Position numbers and translations under genes: made by a program. A DNA stretch of 64,000 nt from Candidatus Cloacimonadales bacterium (GTDB taxonomy: Bacteria; Cloacimonadota; Cloacimonadia; Cloacimonadales; JAIOQZ01). Location of the stretch: assembly GCA_963665815.1 (NCBI GenBank), contig OY762463.1, positions 2,048,001 through 2,112,000 on the forward strand. Direction: 5' to 3'. Shown one piece after another: positions 33,102 to 44,800 of this stretch. The notes beneath the pieces are model-generated. The model was not told the DNA's origin. It did not search any database and was given only the letters and a program-made list of their open reading frames with translations. Numbering within the stretch: position 1 is the first letter of the stretch; each line of letters opens with the position of its first letter.

Positions 33102-34112
33102 TTAAAAACCCCAATTCGTTCTATTTGATGATGGGAAGAAATCTCTACCACAAGGATCAATTCTTAACATTGTCCCATCAGGATATCTCCATGTAGAATC
33201 AAATCCGTAATAGTCTCTATAATAGTTTCCAATACTATATCCCATTTGCCCCATTATGTAATTGCATGATCCAACTGCATCCTGTTCAATAGAGGGGCCT
33301 CCTATACTTTTGTTAAGATCCATTCCTAAATCTTTCAATAAAAATGAATGACCTCCTTTCCTGTCCTGATACTCATGAACCAACTCGTGTGTAAAATTCT
33401 GAAAGGGAGTCTGGGAACTAACTTCACTAAAGGCAGGTATTCTGAAAACTGGTGAGGTAATTATGTGCTCATTGTCCCAGACAATTAAGGACTCATTCCC
33501 ACCATTATAAAAAGATAAGCCTTTATACTTTGTTTCATTTAGAGGAGTTTTCGCGAAATACAAAGTATGGTCATCATAATTAGTTCCCTCCTTCGTAAAA
33601 CTGCTGTTTGTAAGAATCTCATTCCTCATTAAAGTACTAGCCTGACCTGCACAAAATAGATTGAGAGTAAGGCTTTTAGCAACGTCAATTGCAAACTTAA
33701 ACTTTTGCTCCTCGGACTCACCTCCGCAGAATTCAACAATTGCAAATCGGTGGAAAGGATGTTCCCCTTCTTCCGAGTTTGATGATAATCCATATTTTGA
33801 GATGAACTGAGTTGCAGAATCTATTCCAGCATCCGAAAGTTCTGAAACAAACATATCCATCAAATGTTGTAATGTAATAGTATAGTCATCAATACTCAAT
33901 GAGCGATCACTATCTGTATCAGATTTCATTGAACGAATCCTTCTTCTAAGTGCTTCTTTGTCTTTTTCAGACCCATTATACACTCCTTTCACTCTCTTAT
34001 CTTCTCCGTAAATCTTGTTTAATTTTTTAATTGCAGATTCTAAATGCCAATTAGCAAAATACAATATATGTTCATATTCTATATAATCAAAATATGATTC
34101 AAACTCAGCCAC
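33102..34112 (-). CDS. Orphan Rhs-CT (linker A variant) with HExxH domain
   Basis: Upstream frame reads LDGALSLTYRQEQYAK; FTHELVHE..EQDA. Confidence 0.8.
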   Translation of the reverse strand: MAEFESYFDYIEYEHILYFANWHLESAIKKLNKIYGEDKRVKGVYNGSEKDKEALRRRIRSMKSDTDSDRSLSIDDYTITLQHLMDMFVSELSDAGIDSATQFISKYGLSSNSEEGEHPFHRFAIVEFCGGESEEQKFKFAIDVAKSLTLNLFCAGQASTLMRNEILTNSSFTKEGTNYDDHTLYFAKTPLNETKYKGLSFYNGGNESLIVWDNEHIITSPVFRIPAFSEVSSQTPFQNFTHELVHEYQDRKGGHSFLLKDLGMDLNKSIGGPSIEQDAVGSCNYIMGQMGYSIGNYYRDYYGFDSTWRYPDGTMLRIDPCGRDFFPSSNRTNWGF

Positions 34113-34222
34113 ATAATCCCAGCCATCGCCACTGGTCTGTATATTGCTTGGTATAAGGAACTTACTGGCATACTTAGCATACTGTTCCTGACGATATGTT
34201 AATGAGAGTGCTCCGTCAAGCT

Positions 34223-34310
34223 ATGAGCTCGCAGGACGAAGTCCGAGAGTCTCCACTCCGAAGTTCGTAGGATTCCGATCCGAGAACCATAGGAGACACC
34301 TTATTTATTA
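34223..34310. repeat. Tandem-hairpin element, copy 3
   Basis: Two units plus CATAGGAG tail in an Rhs core remnant. Confidence 0.85.
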
Positions 34311-34375
34311 GCAGGATTGTTACCGCAATATACATACGGACTGTCAAACTGCTCTGCCGGGTCAAGAGAATGCCA

Positions 34376-34413
34376 ACAAAGAGCTCGGAGCCTTAGGCGA
34401 GAGTCTCCCAAAA
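34376..34413. repeat. Single hairpin unit, copy 4
   Basis: GAGCTC-GGA-GCCTTAGGC-GA-GAGTCTC inserted at the IGRW codons. Confidence 0.8.
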
Positions 34414-34534
34414 CCTATTTGCGGGTCAAGGAACCGTTTTCCCCAATATATCCAGTTCAAGCCGTGTTCGTCAATAATTTCTCTGTTTTTCAAAACCTGG
34501 AGAAGATAAAGCCTGCACGTGGCAGGCTTTGGAT

Positions 34535-35815
34535 TTATTGTTTTGTTCTTTTATTCTCGGTGTCAAAGAAAATTGGCACATCGGCAGTATAGATTTTTAC
34601 ATAGCCTTTTCTGGACTTTTTTCTGAACAAATTAAACTTACTGTATTTCTTAAAAATTTTGAATACTTTGGTACCCCTATACTTTGTTGGCACTGGTAAG
34701 TAATAGCGGAGTCTCAAAAATTTCTGTCTAGATTCAATGAGCTCAAAACTTTCCGAATAACAAACTTCCCAATATTCCTCATCTTCAGACAAGAATTTTT
34801 TTTCTCCGATGTATCCCCAATCATACATTGTATTGAATGAGAAATACAAATTACCATAGAGGTCAATATCTATGAGTGATAGATTGTCAACATAGTTAGT
34901 TTTTTCTCTTTTCTCAAAAACAATATTACCATTCAAGTCAATTTTCAATAAATGTAAATGTCCATCATCTCTTCCTCCTCTTGCAGAAAACATGTACAAA
35001 AGGCTATCTGGTCCCATAATGAATTGTGTAAAGTCATTAAAGCAAACAGGTATTACCCTTTCCCATTGCAGTTTTCCATTTTCACAATATTTTCTAATAT
35101 TCCTAAACAAGGATCCATCAACAACCTTGTGTCCGGGTTCAGTAAAAACGGGATAGCTAAAATACAGATTATCATGTTTATCAACAATGATTGATAAGTG
35201 AGAATTTCTAAATCTTGTGAATATAGTATATTGCCACAGCGTGTTCAGTTCATTGTCTAACTTCAATAATATTGTGTCATCATCATCTAATTCCTCATTA
35301 TAGCTGAATCCGGCAATAATGTAATTGCCTTTATTATCTAATTTTACTTCTCCAATCTCTTGAACATTTTCGGTGATGTTTTTAATCCATTTGATATTGA
35401 GCTTGTCATCTGTTTTTAGCAAAACACAGTTTTCGGTCAGGTTATCATAAGTCATTATAACTGTTAATGTATCATTGAGGTTGATAGGACTGCTATAATT
35501 AATACTGAAATAATAACTATCTGAATCAGACCCATCTCTGAAACATTTTATATTAGTTGCATTTTGGGAACGCATAATCAATTTATTGTGTTTCCAACCT
35601 TTATCGAGACTAAGAGTATACTTCATGAGATATTCAGTCTTATACTTTTTTTTACTAACTCCTTCAAGCTTACTGCATATTAATCCTCTATCATCTGCAA
35701 ATAGTACTTTAGCTCCAAAGTTTAGATTAACATTATGTATTTTCTTTTCCAAATCAGTATAGCGCCAGGAAAATAATAGTGATATGATTGAAACTGATAT
35801 GTACAAAGTTTTCAT
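34535..35815 (-). CDS. Exported beta-propeller protein, putative cognate immunity of the main Rhs
   Basis: Starts 4 bp after the Rhs stop; signal peptide; LDNKGNYIIAG and LKIDLNGNIVF repeats. Confidence 0.75.
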   Translation of the reverse strand: MKTLYISVSIISLLFSWRYTDLEKKIHNVNLNFGAKVLFADDRGLICSKLEGVSKKKYKTEYLMKYTLSLDKGWKHNKLIMRSQNATNIKCFRDGSDSDSYYFSINYSSPINLNDTLTVIMTYDNLTENCVLLKTDDKLNIKWIKNITENVQEIGEVKLDNKGNYIIAGFSYNEELDDDDTILLKLDNELNTLWQYTIFTRFRNSHLSIIVDKHDNLYFSYPVFTEPGHKVVDGSLFRNIRKYCENGKLQWERVIPVCFNDFTQFIMGPDSLLYMFSARGGRDDGHLHLLKIDLNGNIVFEKREKTNYVDNLSLIDIDLYGNLYFSFNTMYDWGYIGEKKFLSEDEEYWEVCYSESFELIESRQKFLRLRYYLPVPTKYRGTKVFKIFKKYSKFNLFRKKSRKGYVKIYTADVPIFFDTENKRTKQ

Positions 35816-35818
35816 ATA

Positions 35819-38800
35819 TTAGTTTCTCCAATTTTGAAATGGGTTACCATAAATATCTCCTCTATAATAATGTTCATATATTTGATGTACAGTATGAGAT
35901 GTTCTAAGATCATAATTACTACCAAGATCATGCTTTCTATAAATATCATTGTGTTTTATATTTGAGTTCTTAATATTAAGCATTATCTGATTTGAGTTAA
36001 GCATTGCATATTGCTCTTTTTTATCCCCTGTACTGAATATGCCGAATACAGGCTTGTGTTTTTCTCTATCTACTATATAAAAATTAGTCTTTCTGTTAAA
36101 TGTATACCAGTGACCTGATTTCCATATATTAGATCTATCAGCATTGCCAGTTAAATCCTGAATATGTGAAAGCTCATGAGTAACAGTTCTTACGTTTGAA
36201 AGAACTTTTCCAGCAGATGTATACGTATTATGAAAGTCTAAGCTAAGATCGAACATGTTATCATCTCCATTAGGTCTAACACAGTTAATTGTACTTGCAG
36301 CGTTTTTCCCTAAACTGGCGTCATGAAGAGTGATAATACTTCCTTTAGCAAGAGCACCAAAAATATCATTCAGAAGTTTTTTCCCTTCTGGTCCTCCTTC
36401 TCCTGCAATTGTTCCAATGCTGTCAACAAAATCGTCAACGAATTCTGCACTATATTGTGCATTGAAATCAAGAAAAAGCAGAGCAAAATCGTCCGCAGTA
36501 TATGCTGTTCCATCTTCCTTTTTAAATCCTTCTTCCTCTAAACGATTTGCTAAGTCAGCGTGTAGTTTTTCCATCTTATCTTTTGACGTTGTACTTGTAT
36601 CTGCAGTTCCATTTCTCCAACCTAGGTTTCTTTTATCAACGAGTGAAAATTCATCATCATAAGATTTCTTTGCTTCCTGCTCAGCCCAAAACAATTTCTC
36701 TTCAATCTGTTCTCTCCTTACAGAAGCACTCCATTCTACATAGCCACCACAGGCATCAATTTCATAATTCAGCATCTGCAATTCAAAATTTTGTGCATAA
36801 TTCCAATCATCCTCAGCATTTAATGACATTCCCCTAAACCCCCGGTACAAACTCTGTAATTTAGCATACTGCTCCTGACGATATGATAATGAGATTGCTC
36901 CGTCAAGCTCTACAAAGTTTGCAGGATTGTTACCGCAATATACATACGGACTGTCAAACTGCTCTGCCGGGTCTAATGAGTGCCACCTACCTATTTGCGG
37001 GTCAAGGAACCGTTTTCCCCAATATATCCAGTTCAAGCCGTGTTCGTCAATAATTTCTCTGTTTTTTCCAATAAATCTGTACTCCGTACTCTGACTGCAG
37101 AGCATCGGTACTTTCATACCAAACGGATAGAATGTGTTATTCTGGATTACCAAAGCAGTACCGTCAGTATTCTCGGTAAACACTACCCGGATATTGCCAA
37201 GGTGGTCTTTAAGTTCATATTCGTATCGCCACTGCTGTTCTCCGACCTGAGCTGTAAAGTCTCTTACCTGCCTTCCGAAAGATGTGTTAATTACAATCTC
37301 ATCCTCAGAAGCAGTGTCTTCTGCATAGTGAGTATATACAAGACCGTTCACATAGTTAACTTTCTGGGTTACTCTGTCGTCTGCTGTAACTATCTTCTGC
37401 AGTCTTTCTCCTGTTGCAGAATACACAAAGCGGATTCTGTTCTTCATATCGTCCGCATCATCCGTGCGCTTAATCATCAGTTCCGGCAGATTAAACAGAT
37501 TGTAGCGGATATCAAATCCCTTGTTCCTGTCTTTAATCATGTTACCGTTTGAGTCGTACAGATATTCGTCTTCCGTACTGCTGCTGAAACCGTCAATAAA
37601 GCCTGTTCCTGTTATGGAAGCATTGTCTGTAACACCAATAAGCCTGTTGCCGCTGTAGGAGTAGGTGAGATCATCTATAGACTGTCTTACACCGTTTTCG
37701 TCCCGAGCAAAACGTCTTAAGCTCTGAATATTGCCATTCTCATCATAGTGCATATTCTCTATGCCGAAGTAGTTGTTTGTATCCCAGGTACTACCGTTCA
37801 AATAAGTGAAATCAGCCTTTTTCATCCTGCCAACACTGTCATAGGAATAAACGTAAGCCATTTTGGAGTAATACTTATCATTCGAGAGTCCCGGCAGCCC
37901 AAAGTTGTCTGCGGTATTCCAGATCACCGCATTAACTCTTCCATCGTGGAAGATATGATCACTGAACGGTTCCATATAGCTTGTAAGCTTTTCACGCATA
38001 ATCTGCATACCAAACAGGTCGGTACCTGTCAACCGCGGATTGTTTATCATTTCCAGTCTGCCGAGATAGTCATATTTAAAGTTAACTGTCTGCAGACCTC
38101 TTTCCTGAAAGTCATAATGGTGTATTCGGGAGAAATCCGTATTAAACGCATCTGTAATAACGGTATCATGAACATGCTTATTAACTGCCGAAACACGACC
38201 GAACTCATCATAATCATATTCTTCTGCCAGAATCTCTTCATCGTTATCAATCTTACAATATGATTTCAGTAGATTTCCAGTTCTGTTGTACACAAATGTC
38301 TTTCTGGTTTCAATATAGGTGTTTTCCACCTGCTGAACCTGCATGGATTTTGTAAGCTGACCGGCCCAGTTATACTCGTTGGTAACTGTCTGCATTCCTG
38401 CCAGATTGTTGTTCTGCGTGTGGATTACCTGTCCTTTCTTATCATAGAATATCACATCTTCAATCCAGCCTGTTCCAAAATATGTCATATCGATATCGGT
38501 TCCAATATCGGCAATCTGTTCTCCGAACATCTCAAAACCAGGACCAATATCTATGGATGATCCTTCGATAATGAATTTCTTGTCAAATGGACAAATATCG
38601 TATATGCCTTCAGGGTACTCACCCAGCTCCATTACTCTTACTTTTGTCATTGTAATTTGACCGGAAGGATATTTGAGGGCATTTCCCGTGTCAAGCTGCT
38701 GAACGGGAGTGAATGTATTGTCGTCAGTTCCGTTTCTGTCACAATCATAGTTATCGTAGTAATTAACACTCCAGATAAAGCAGTTATTGATGTCCGGGAA

Positions 38801-41800
38801 CATATAGTTTGTATATCCCTGCTGGATAACAAAGTTTATCCCTGAAGGAACTTCGTACATATCACCAGTATAGCTGTCGCAATAATTCTGCAGACTGTCT
38901 CTGGAAAGCTTATCGGGATTTTTGAATATACCGGACAATATTGTTCTGCCGTATTGATCATACTTGGAGAATGACCAGTAATCCATTTCTCTCAGTCTGT
39001 TATCCTGTTTCAGAACTATTCTGCCGTAACGGTCATAGACAACGTCGATTCTCAGATTTCCGGGAAGAGTTTTGCTTATCTGTCTGTTTTTCTCATCGTA
39101 GCGGAATGTAGTCATATACATTTCCTGCTGAGCCTGTGTAATCTCGGTTGCACCGGATAGACTGAGAATCTGAGATAATGCAGGGGATATTTCTCCGCAT
39201 AAACGCCCATATTCATCATATATGTAGCTTCTCTCAAGAATTGCACTGCTGGTAAAGGTAGTCTTGGAAATAAGCCTGCCAATTCTATCTTTCTGAATAA
39301 CGACTCCGTTATTATCTTTGTCAATAGTATTTGAATATGAAAGTTCATCAGGTTCGAACAGTCTTGATTTTACAAATGAACTGTCACCTTTGGTCCATCC
39401 CATACTGCAGTTGCTCTGAGTTCCATAATATCTATTTACATAGTATTCACTGATGGATAATGTAGGTTTTTCTGATCTTGTAACTCGCATTCGCAAAGAT
39501 TTTTCATACTCGAAATTCGATGAGTAGTTTATCGCATTGTAGTAATTATCATAACAAGGCTGTACGCAATTATCTTTTACAAACCTGCCATTGAAGTATG
39601 AAATTGGAACAGGTGGATATTTTTCTTTTTCCACTCCATTAAGATCATAAACATGTTTTTGAAGAATATGTTTTGTATCATCTTCCATGTTATATTTAAC
39701 TGATTGTGTTTTTTTACCGTAACATGTCATAAACTCAAAGCTTAGTGACGGATTAACAAGATATGCAATATTATCAATTCCGGTGTTTTGTCCGGTAATT
39801 ATAAAACCTGTTATGTCACAATTATAGTCTGCCTTGTTAAGCTCTACATCTGCATTAATACATGTACCGTCAATATACAGGTCAATCATGTCATAAGCCG
39901 TACTGGAATCAGTTTTTCTGATCACGAACATATAATGGTGCCATTCATCCGCAGGCAGGTTAACTCTATATGGAACGCTGGTTTCTCCGCTGTACCAGAG
40001 AATTTCATTGTTTGCAGTTCTGCTTATCTTCTGACCGGGACCGTTATAAATGACTTCAACAGCATCTGTATTATTTTCACCTCCGAGTGTCGCTTCGAAT
40101 TCGATTATCAGATTTTTGTTAACAGTACTGAAATTCCTGTGCAGCAGTCCTATGTTTTCTACCGAGGAGCCATGCAGGTATTTCCTTAATGAGTCTATTT
40201 CCGGAGTACCATCAATATACCAGTCTTCCGTCCATTTATTCTGGTCGAAAGATTCGTAGAAACCTTTGTCCAGAGTGGAAGCGGAGATACCTAAATTTTT
40301 ATTCAATTCAGCGTATACTAAACTTGGATTGGAACAACCTGCAGGAACGTATATCTGGGTGTTCTTTGTTTGATTCATAAAGACATTTGTTGATGAATAA
40401 GGAACACCATCTGTGTCCAGAGTATGACACTTTTCATCAAGATAATTGTACGTTGTATATGTAATGTGATTATGTGAGTTGGTTGTAGATGTGTGTCTGC
40501 TAAGCACATTATCACTAGTGTAAGATGATAGTCTGGCATCAACAGGAGCAATTCTCAGGTTATCAAGCAACTGATAATCGCCCTCGCTTGCCTGATCAAG
40601 TCCTATTTCAATAGTCACATACGTATTTTCTAAAGGGCAACTCTGGTTATCATGAGTATAGAAAAACTCTTTCAGTTCCCACTCCAGTTCCGATATTGGT
40701 GATGAATTGAAACTTGCAGTCACACTACCTGTATACGTATCCGTTAATATTAACTCTATATCTTTGTCAGATGCAGTATTATGTTTTTTCTGCCAGTAAG
40801 AAATCTTGTATGTTTTACCATAATAGAAATTCATCTTAAAGAGATTTCCTGTATGACTTACTTTCATTGATTTCTCTCCGGTCTTACCGGATCCATATTC
40901 TATTTCAAAAGGGCTTCCAGTCAGCATATATGGTGTATGATCAATAACCAGATTGTCCGGATACTCAAAACTCTCAGCAAGGACTTCTTCCGGTTCACAT
41001 ACTTGAGACGTAAACAGAGGCAGTCCGTTTTCCTGATTATAGAATATATTAGATTTAATATGATTATCTCCAATTTGGCTGACAGGCCTCATATGTTCAT
41101 CATACTCCAGGATTAAACTCTTTCTGTGCCAGTCACCGCAGAATTCCGGGTAATTGGAAGGTATGGATGGCAAATATGACAGTGCGTCAGGATCACCTTT
41201 ATACTTGTAAGTAGCTTTTATAGCCCACTTTCCGTCAAACAAATCCCAGGCAATAAATGAGTCAGAAGTAATTCTGTTGTCTGTTTTGGTTGTAATCTGT
41301 ACAATGGAATTGGAAATCGGAGCACCGGGGTCGCTATACACTTCGTCCCAGTATCTGTTTGAAACAATGACTGTCGGATAACCGGTTCTGTATTTCTCAA
41401 CTTGTGTAAGTCTTCCGTTAGTTTCATCGTATCTGTACATAGATGTTTCAGGATAACCATCAACAGTAGATATTTTCTTGTGTAATACAATTTTTTTTCT
41501 TCCATCAATATAAAGTAATCGGTAGAAGTTCTGAGTTTCCGAGAATAAATTGTCATCATCATCGTAGACAAGAGAGTGCATCTTTTTTCCTCTCAGCAGG
41601 TCTTTTCTGTGCAGGGAATCTACAAGTGAAGCTGATGGAAAATTCTCATATCCATTGTAGTATCTTGTCAGAACATACCCAAGATCATCATTAACCTGCT
41701 TTTTTACTTCGCAGTAAGAAGCGTTTGTTCCCATAACATTCATCTTGGCAGTGTCGCAATTGTAATCGTAGGTGATTTTCTTTACACGCACTGAGTTGTT

Positions 41801-44800
41801 ATCATATAAATAGATACTTGCAACAGCAATATCTTTCTGGAGGTTACTAATTCCATTCTCGTCCACAACAATATCCGGCATATCCATATTCGTTAGTCTG
41901 GTAATCCAGAGAGAATCATTGCCAAATCTTTTTCCATCATCCTGAAGAATCGTGTCAAAATAAAACTCTCTCAGTACAGCATTTTCAGGTGTACCATCAA
42001 GGTCCCAGATAAATTTATCAGATGAGTTGCTGAACAATATGCTTCTTACAATATCCTCATTCCTGATAAATCCTATTTTTGTTCTGTCACCGGGAGTGTT
42101 TGCATCAATCAGAAAATGATTATTACTTGTGTGCGACAATTTAACGCCAATATCAAAATAATCGTTGAATGTAAGGTCGTAAATTGTGTTATATTTTTCG
42201 TTTAATACTCTGTTAGGGTGTTCTTCTTCATCCTCTGGGAAGGTCGAACTACTCAGAATATCAGCCCAGTTAATAACATGAACTCCTTTCCAGAGTCCAT
42301 ATCTGTTATGAAAAGCAATTCTGCTGAAAGAATCATAACTATTTAGATCGTAATCATTTATAGTTATATGATTAGATGCATTGGCTATTGCACCTATCCT
42401 CCCGGTCTTGTTTTTAAACGAACTATATGCCCCAAATTGACCTACATTCGTAGAAGGCCAGTATTGAATATCAGAACTATCATCTTGAGCGTCTAACCAA
42501 TTCTGATGAAAATCAGGAAACATTGATATAGGGTTATTGGGATCAATATTATATGTTCGGTTAAAAAGATGATCTACATCTCCCCAAAAGAATGTATAAC
42601 CAATTGAAAATGACTTATCATTTATCATGAACTGATGGGGAACTTCCTTTTCGGTATATCTTTGACCAAACAACCAGCTATCCTGAGATCTATGCTGTAC
42701 ACTGCAATTATAGTTTATTCCAAAGGATTGTGTATATTCTCTAATTCCTTTATCAAGATAGTAATTCTCTACGGATGTAATAACAAAATCATTAGTAGCA
42801 TAAGTTATAGCAGGACCAGCCAAATCACTTATTTTCATATTGTAACGTCCTGAAGCAATAATATTATCCTCGTCTTCAACAAGATCAACAATTCTTCTGA
42901 AAGTAGCATAGTTCCCATTTGCTGGAATCTTATATTTACCGGTAAGAACAACATAATTGGTTCCTGGCGTTAAGGTTAATTCTATACAGTCAGTTGCTGT
43001 TAAGTGTGATCCATAAACACAATACTCACTCACTTCAGGGAAAAGAGCCTGAATATCAGTTCCTCCTCCTGTTCCAATTGCAGTGCTATGAATACCATTA
43101 AACAACTGAACTTTGACAAACTCCCCACAACTATTTCTTCTGAGAACTAAAGGATTTGCGTAGAAATATTCAGTATCGGTTGCTGCTGGGTTACTTGGAT
43201 CTTTAAATCTGGTCATGATGCCATAAAAATCAGGTTCAGCAACTAACTCATAATTTGATATATAATAATTAGAATAAGTTGTAGGCTTTAACTGCCAAGA
43301 GTTGTTTTCCTCATTCCAGATATAAAGTTTATGGAAATTCCAGTCATCCTGAAAGAAGACAAAATAGTCATCACCAGAACCACAAACGAGTTTTCCCGGA
43401 ACTTCCAGACTGTCTACCAGTTCCTGTGTAATTTGATAATTGTTTAGATTTATATCGAAACTAAGTCCTCCCGTATCTTCTGAACTATCATAGCCGATAC
43501 TGAGCTTATCCCAAGTATCAGTTCCTGTATTCTTGTGATAAGCAACTGCATACCTATCTTCATTACGATCGGTAATTTCTACCGGATCATCCTCTTCTGC
43601 AATTGATTGCCCATTCACCCTCATTAGAAAGAAGTCTGGATTCAGGTCAAAAGAAATATCCGGATAATAGTGAACCATGTTAGGTTGAGGATCAAAATCG
43701 AAATAGGGTTTACCTGAGTAAAATGATTTGTAGAAATTGATACTATCTTCATCCGAACTGCAAGTTGTAAACTCCTTGGGGAATTCAGTAAACACCGACT
43801 GAGGATCTTTTCTAACGCCATAAAATATTCTTAAACCATAATGGTAAATACTGTCCGTTAGAGAATAGGTAACTACTGGTCGATTTGGTGTTGTGCAAAT
43901 CGAATCACCATTAAAATTACTTATACAATATTCGAAGCTATAGTGGTAATAATTGTATTTATCAATCGTATCACCCTCAACAACAATATAGTTGTATTCA
44001 CTATCATCAAAAATGTAATTAGTCAATGCAGCTTCACTCCAAAGAGAATCAACTTCATTTTCAGGACTGTCAGTATAAATTATTTCATCTATATACTCAC
44101 TCTCCCATTTATATTGAGCAAAATATCCTGAATTAATACATGTTCCATTTTTCAAATATATATTATCCTCAGATTTATATCTCCTGTTTGATTTCTTTTT
44201 CCAGTTTGCAATATACACTTCATCAAGGAAAGTAGTCTTCCAGTAGCCATCCCATTCATAAAGTGTCAAATGCATATATCTGTCTGAACTTACCCAGCCA
44301 ATAATCCCATAATCCGAATAGAACCACGACAAATAGTATCCGTAATCTCTTTCCGGATTTTCTGTGGAGACAGGTCTTGTAATCATCAATGTTTTCTGAC
44401 TGTTAGTTATTGTATTCACCTTATAGTTATAATCTATTGATGCTCCCATCTTATTCGAAATGCTTCTAAGTAGACCAGGCATAACAGACTGTCCACCATC
44501 GCTTTGAATGGTAGCGGATGACTGATAGTATTCAAAATCAAGGTAAGACTTTTCTGCATTTCTTGAGCTGAAACTGCTTATTTTTGTAAGATATCTTTTC
44601 TTAAGCTCATTATCAAGCTTATTATAGTTTTCAGCAGCATAATTGTTTATAGCTGCAATAGCAGCATCTGGGTAGCTGTCATAAGTGGACAACTCCGGGT
44701 TAGTTGTCATGCTGTATGCTGAAAGATAAGAGTATAGATTATATGAATTGAGTTGATACTCAAATCTGATTGTATTCATAACCAAATCGTTTTTCTGAAC

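Noticed and set aside
9416-35815. Classical integron
   Set aside because: The integrase looks like a tRNA-targeting island type with an excisionase, I saw no IntI-specific insertion, and the hairpins lack RYYYAAC/GTTRRRY ends.
23734-37552. Repeated plus-strand ORFs (MPPTYLRVKEPF..)
   Set aside because: Antisense shadows of duplicated Rhs cores.
14228-37664. Diversity-generating retroelement TR/VR pairs
   Set aside because: No reverse transcriptase in the window, and repeat differences are not evidently adenine-specific.
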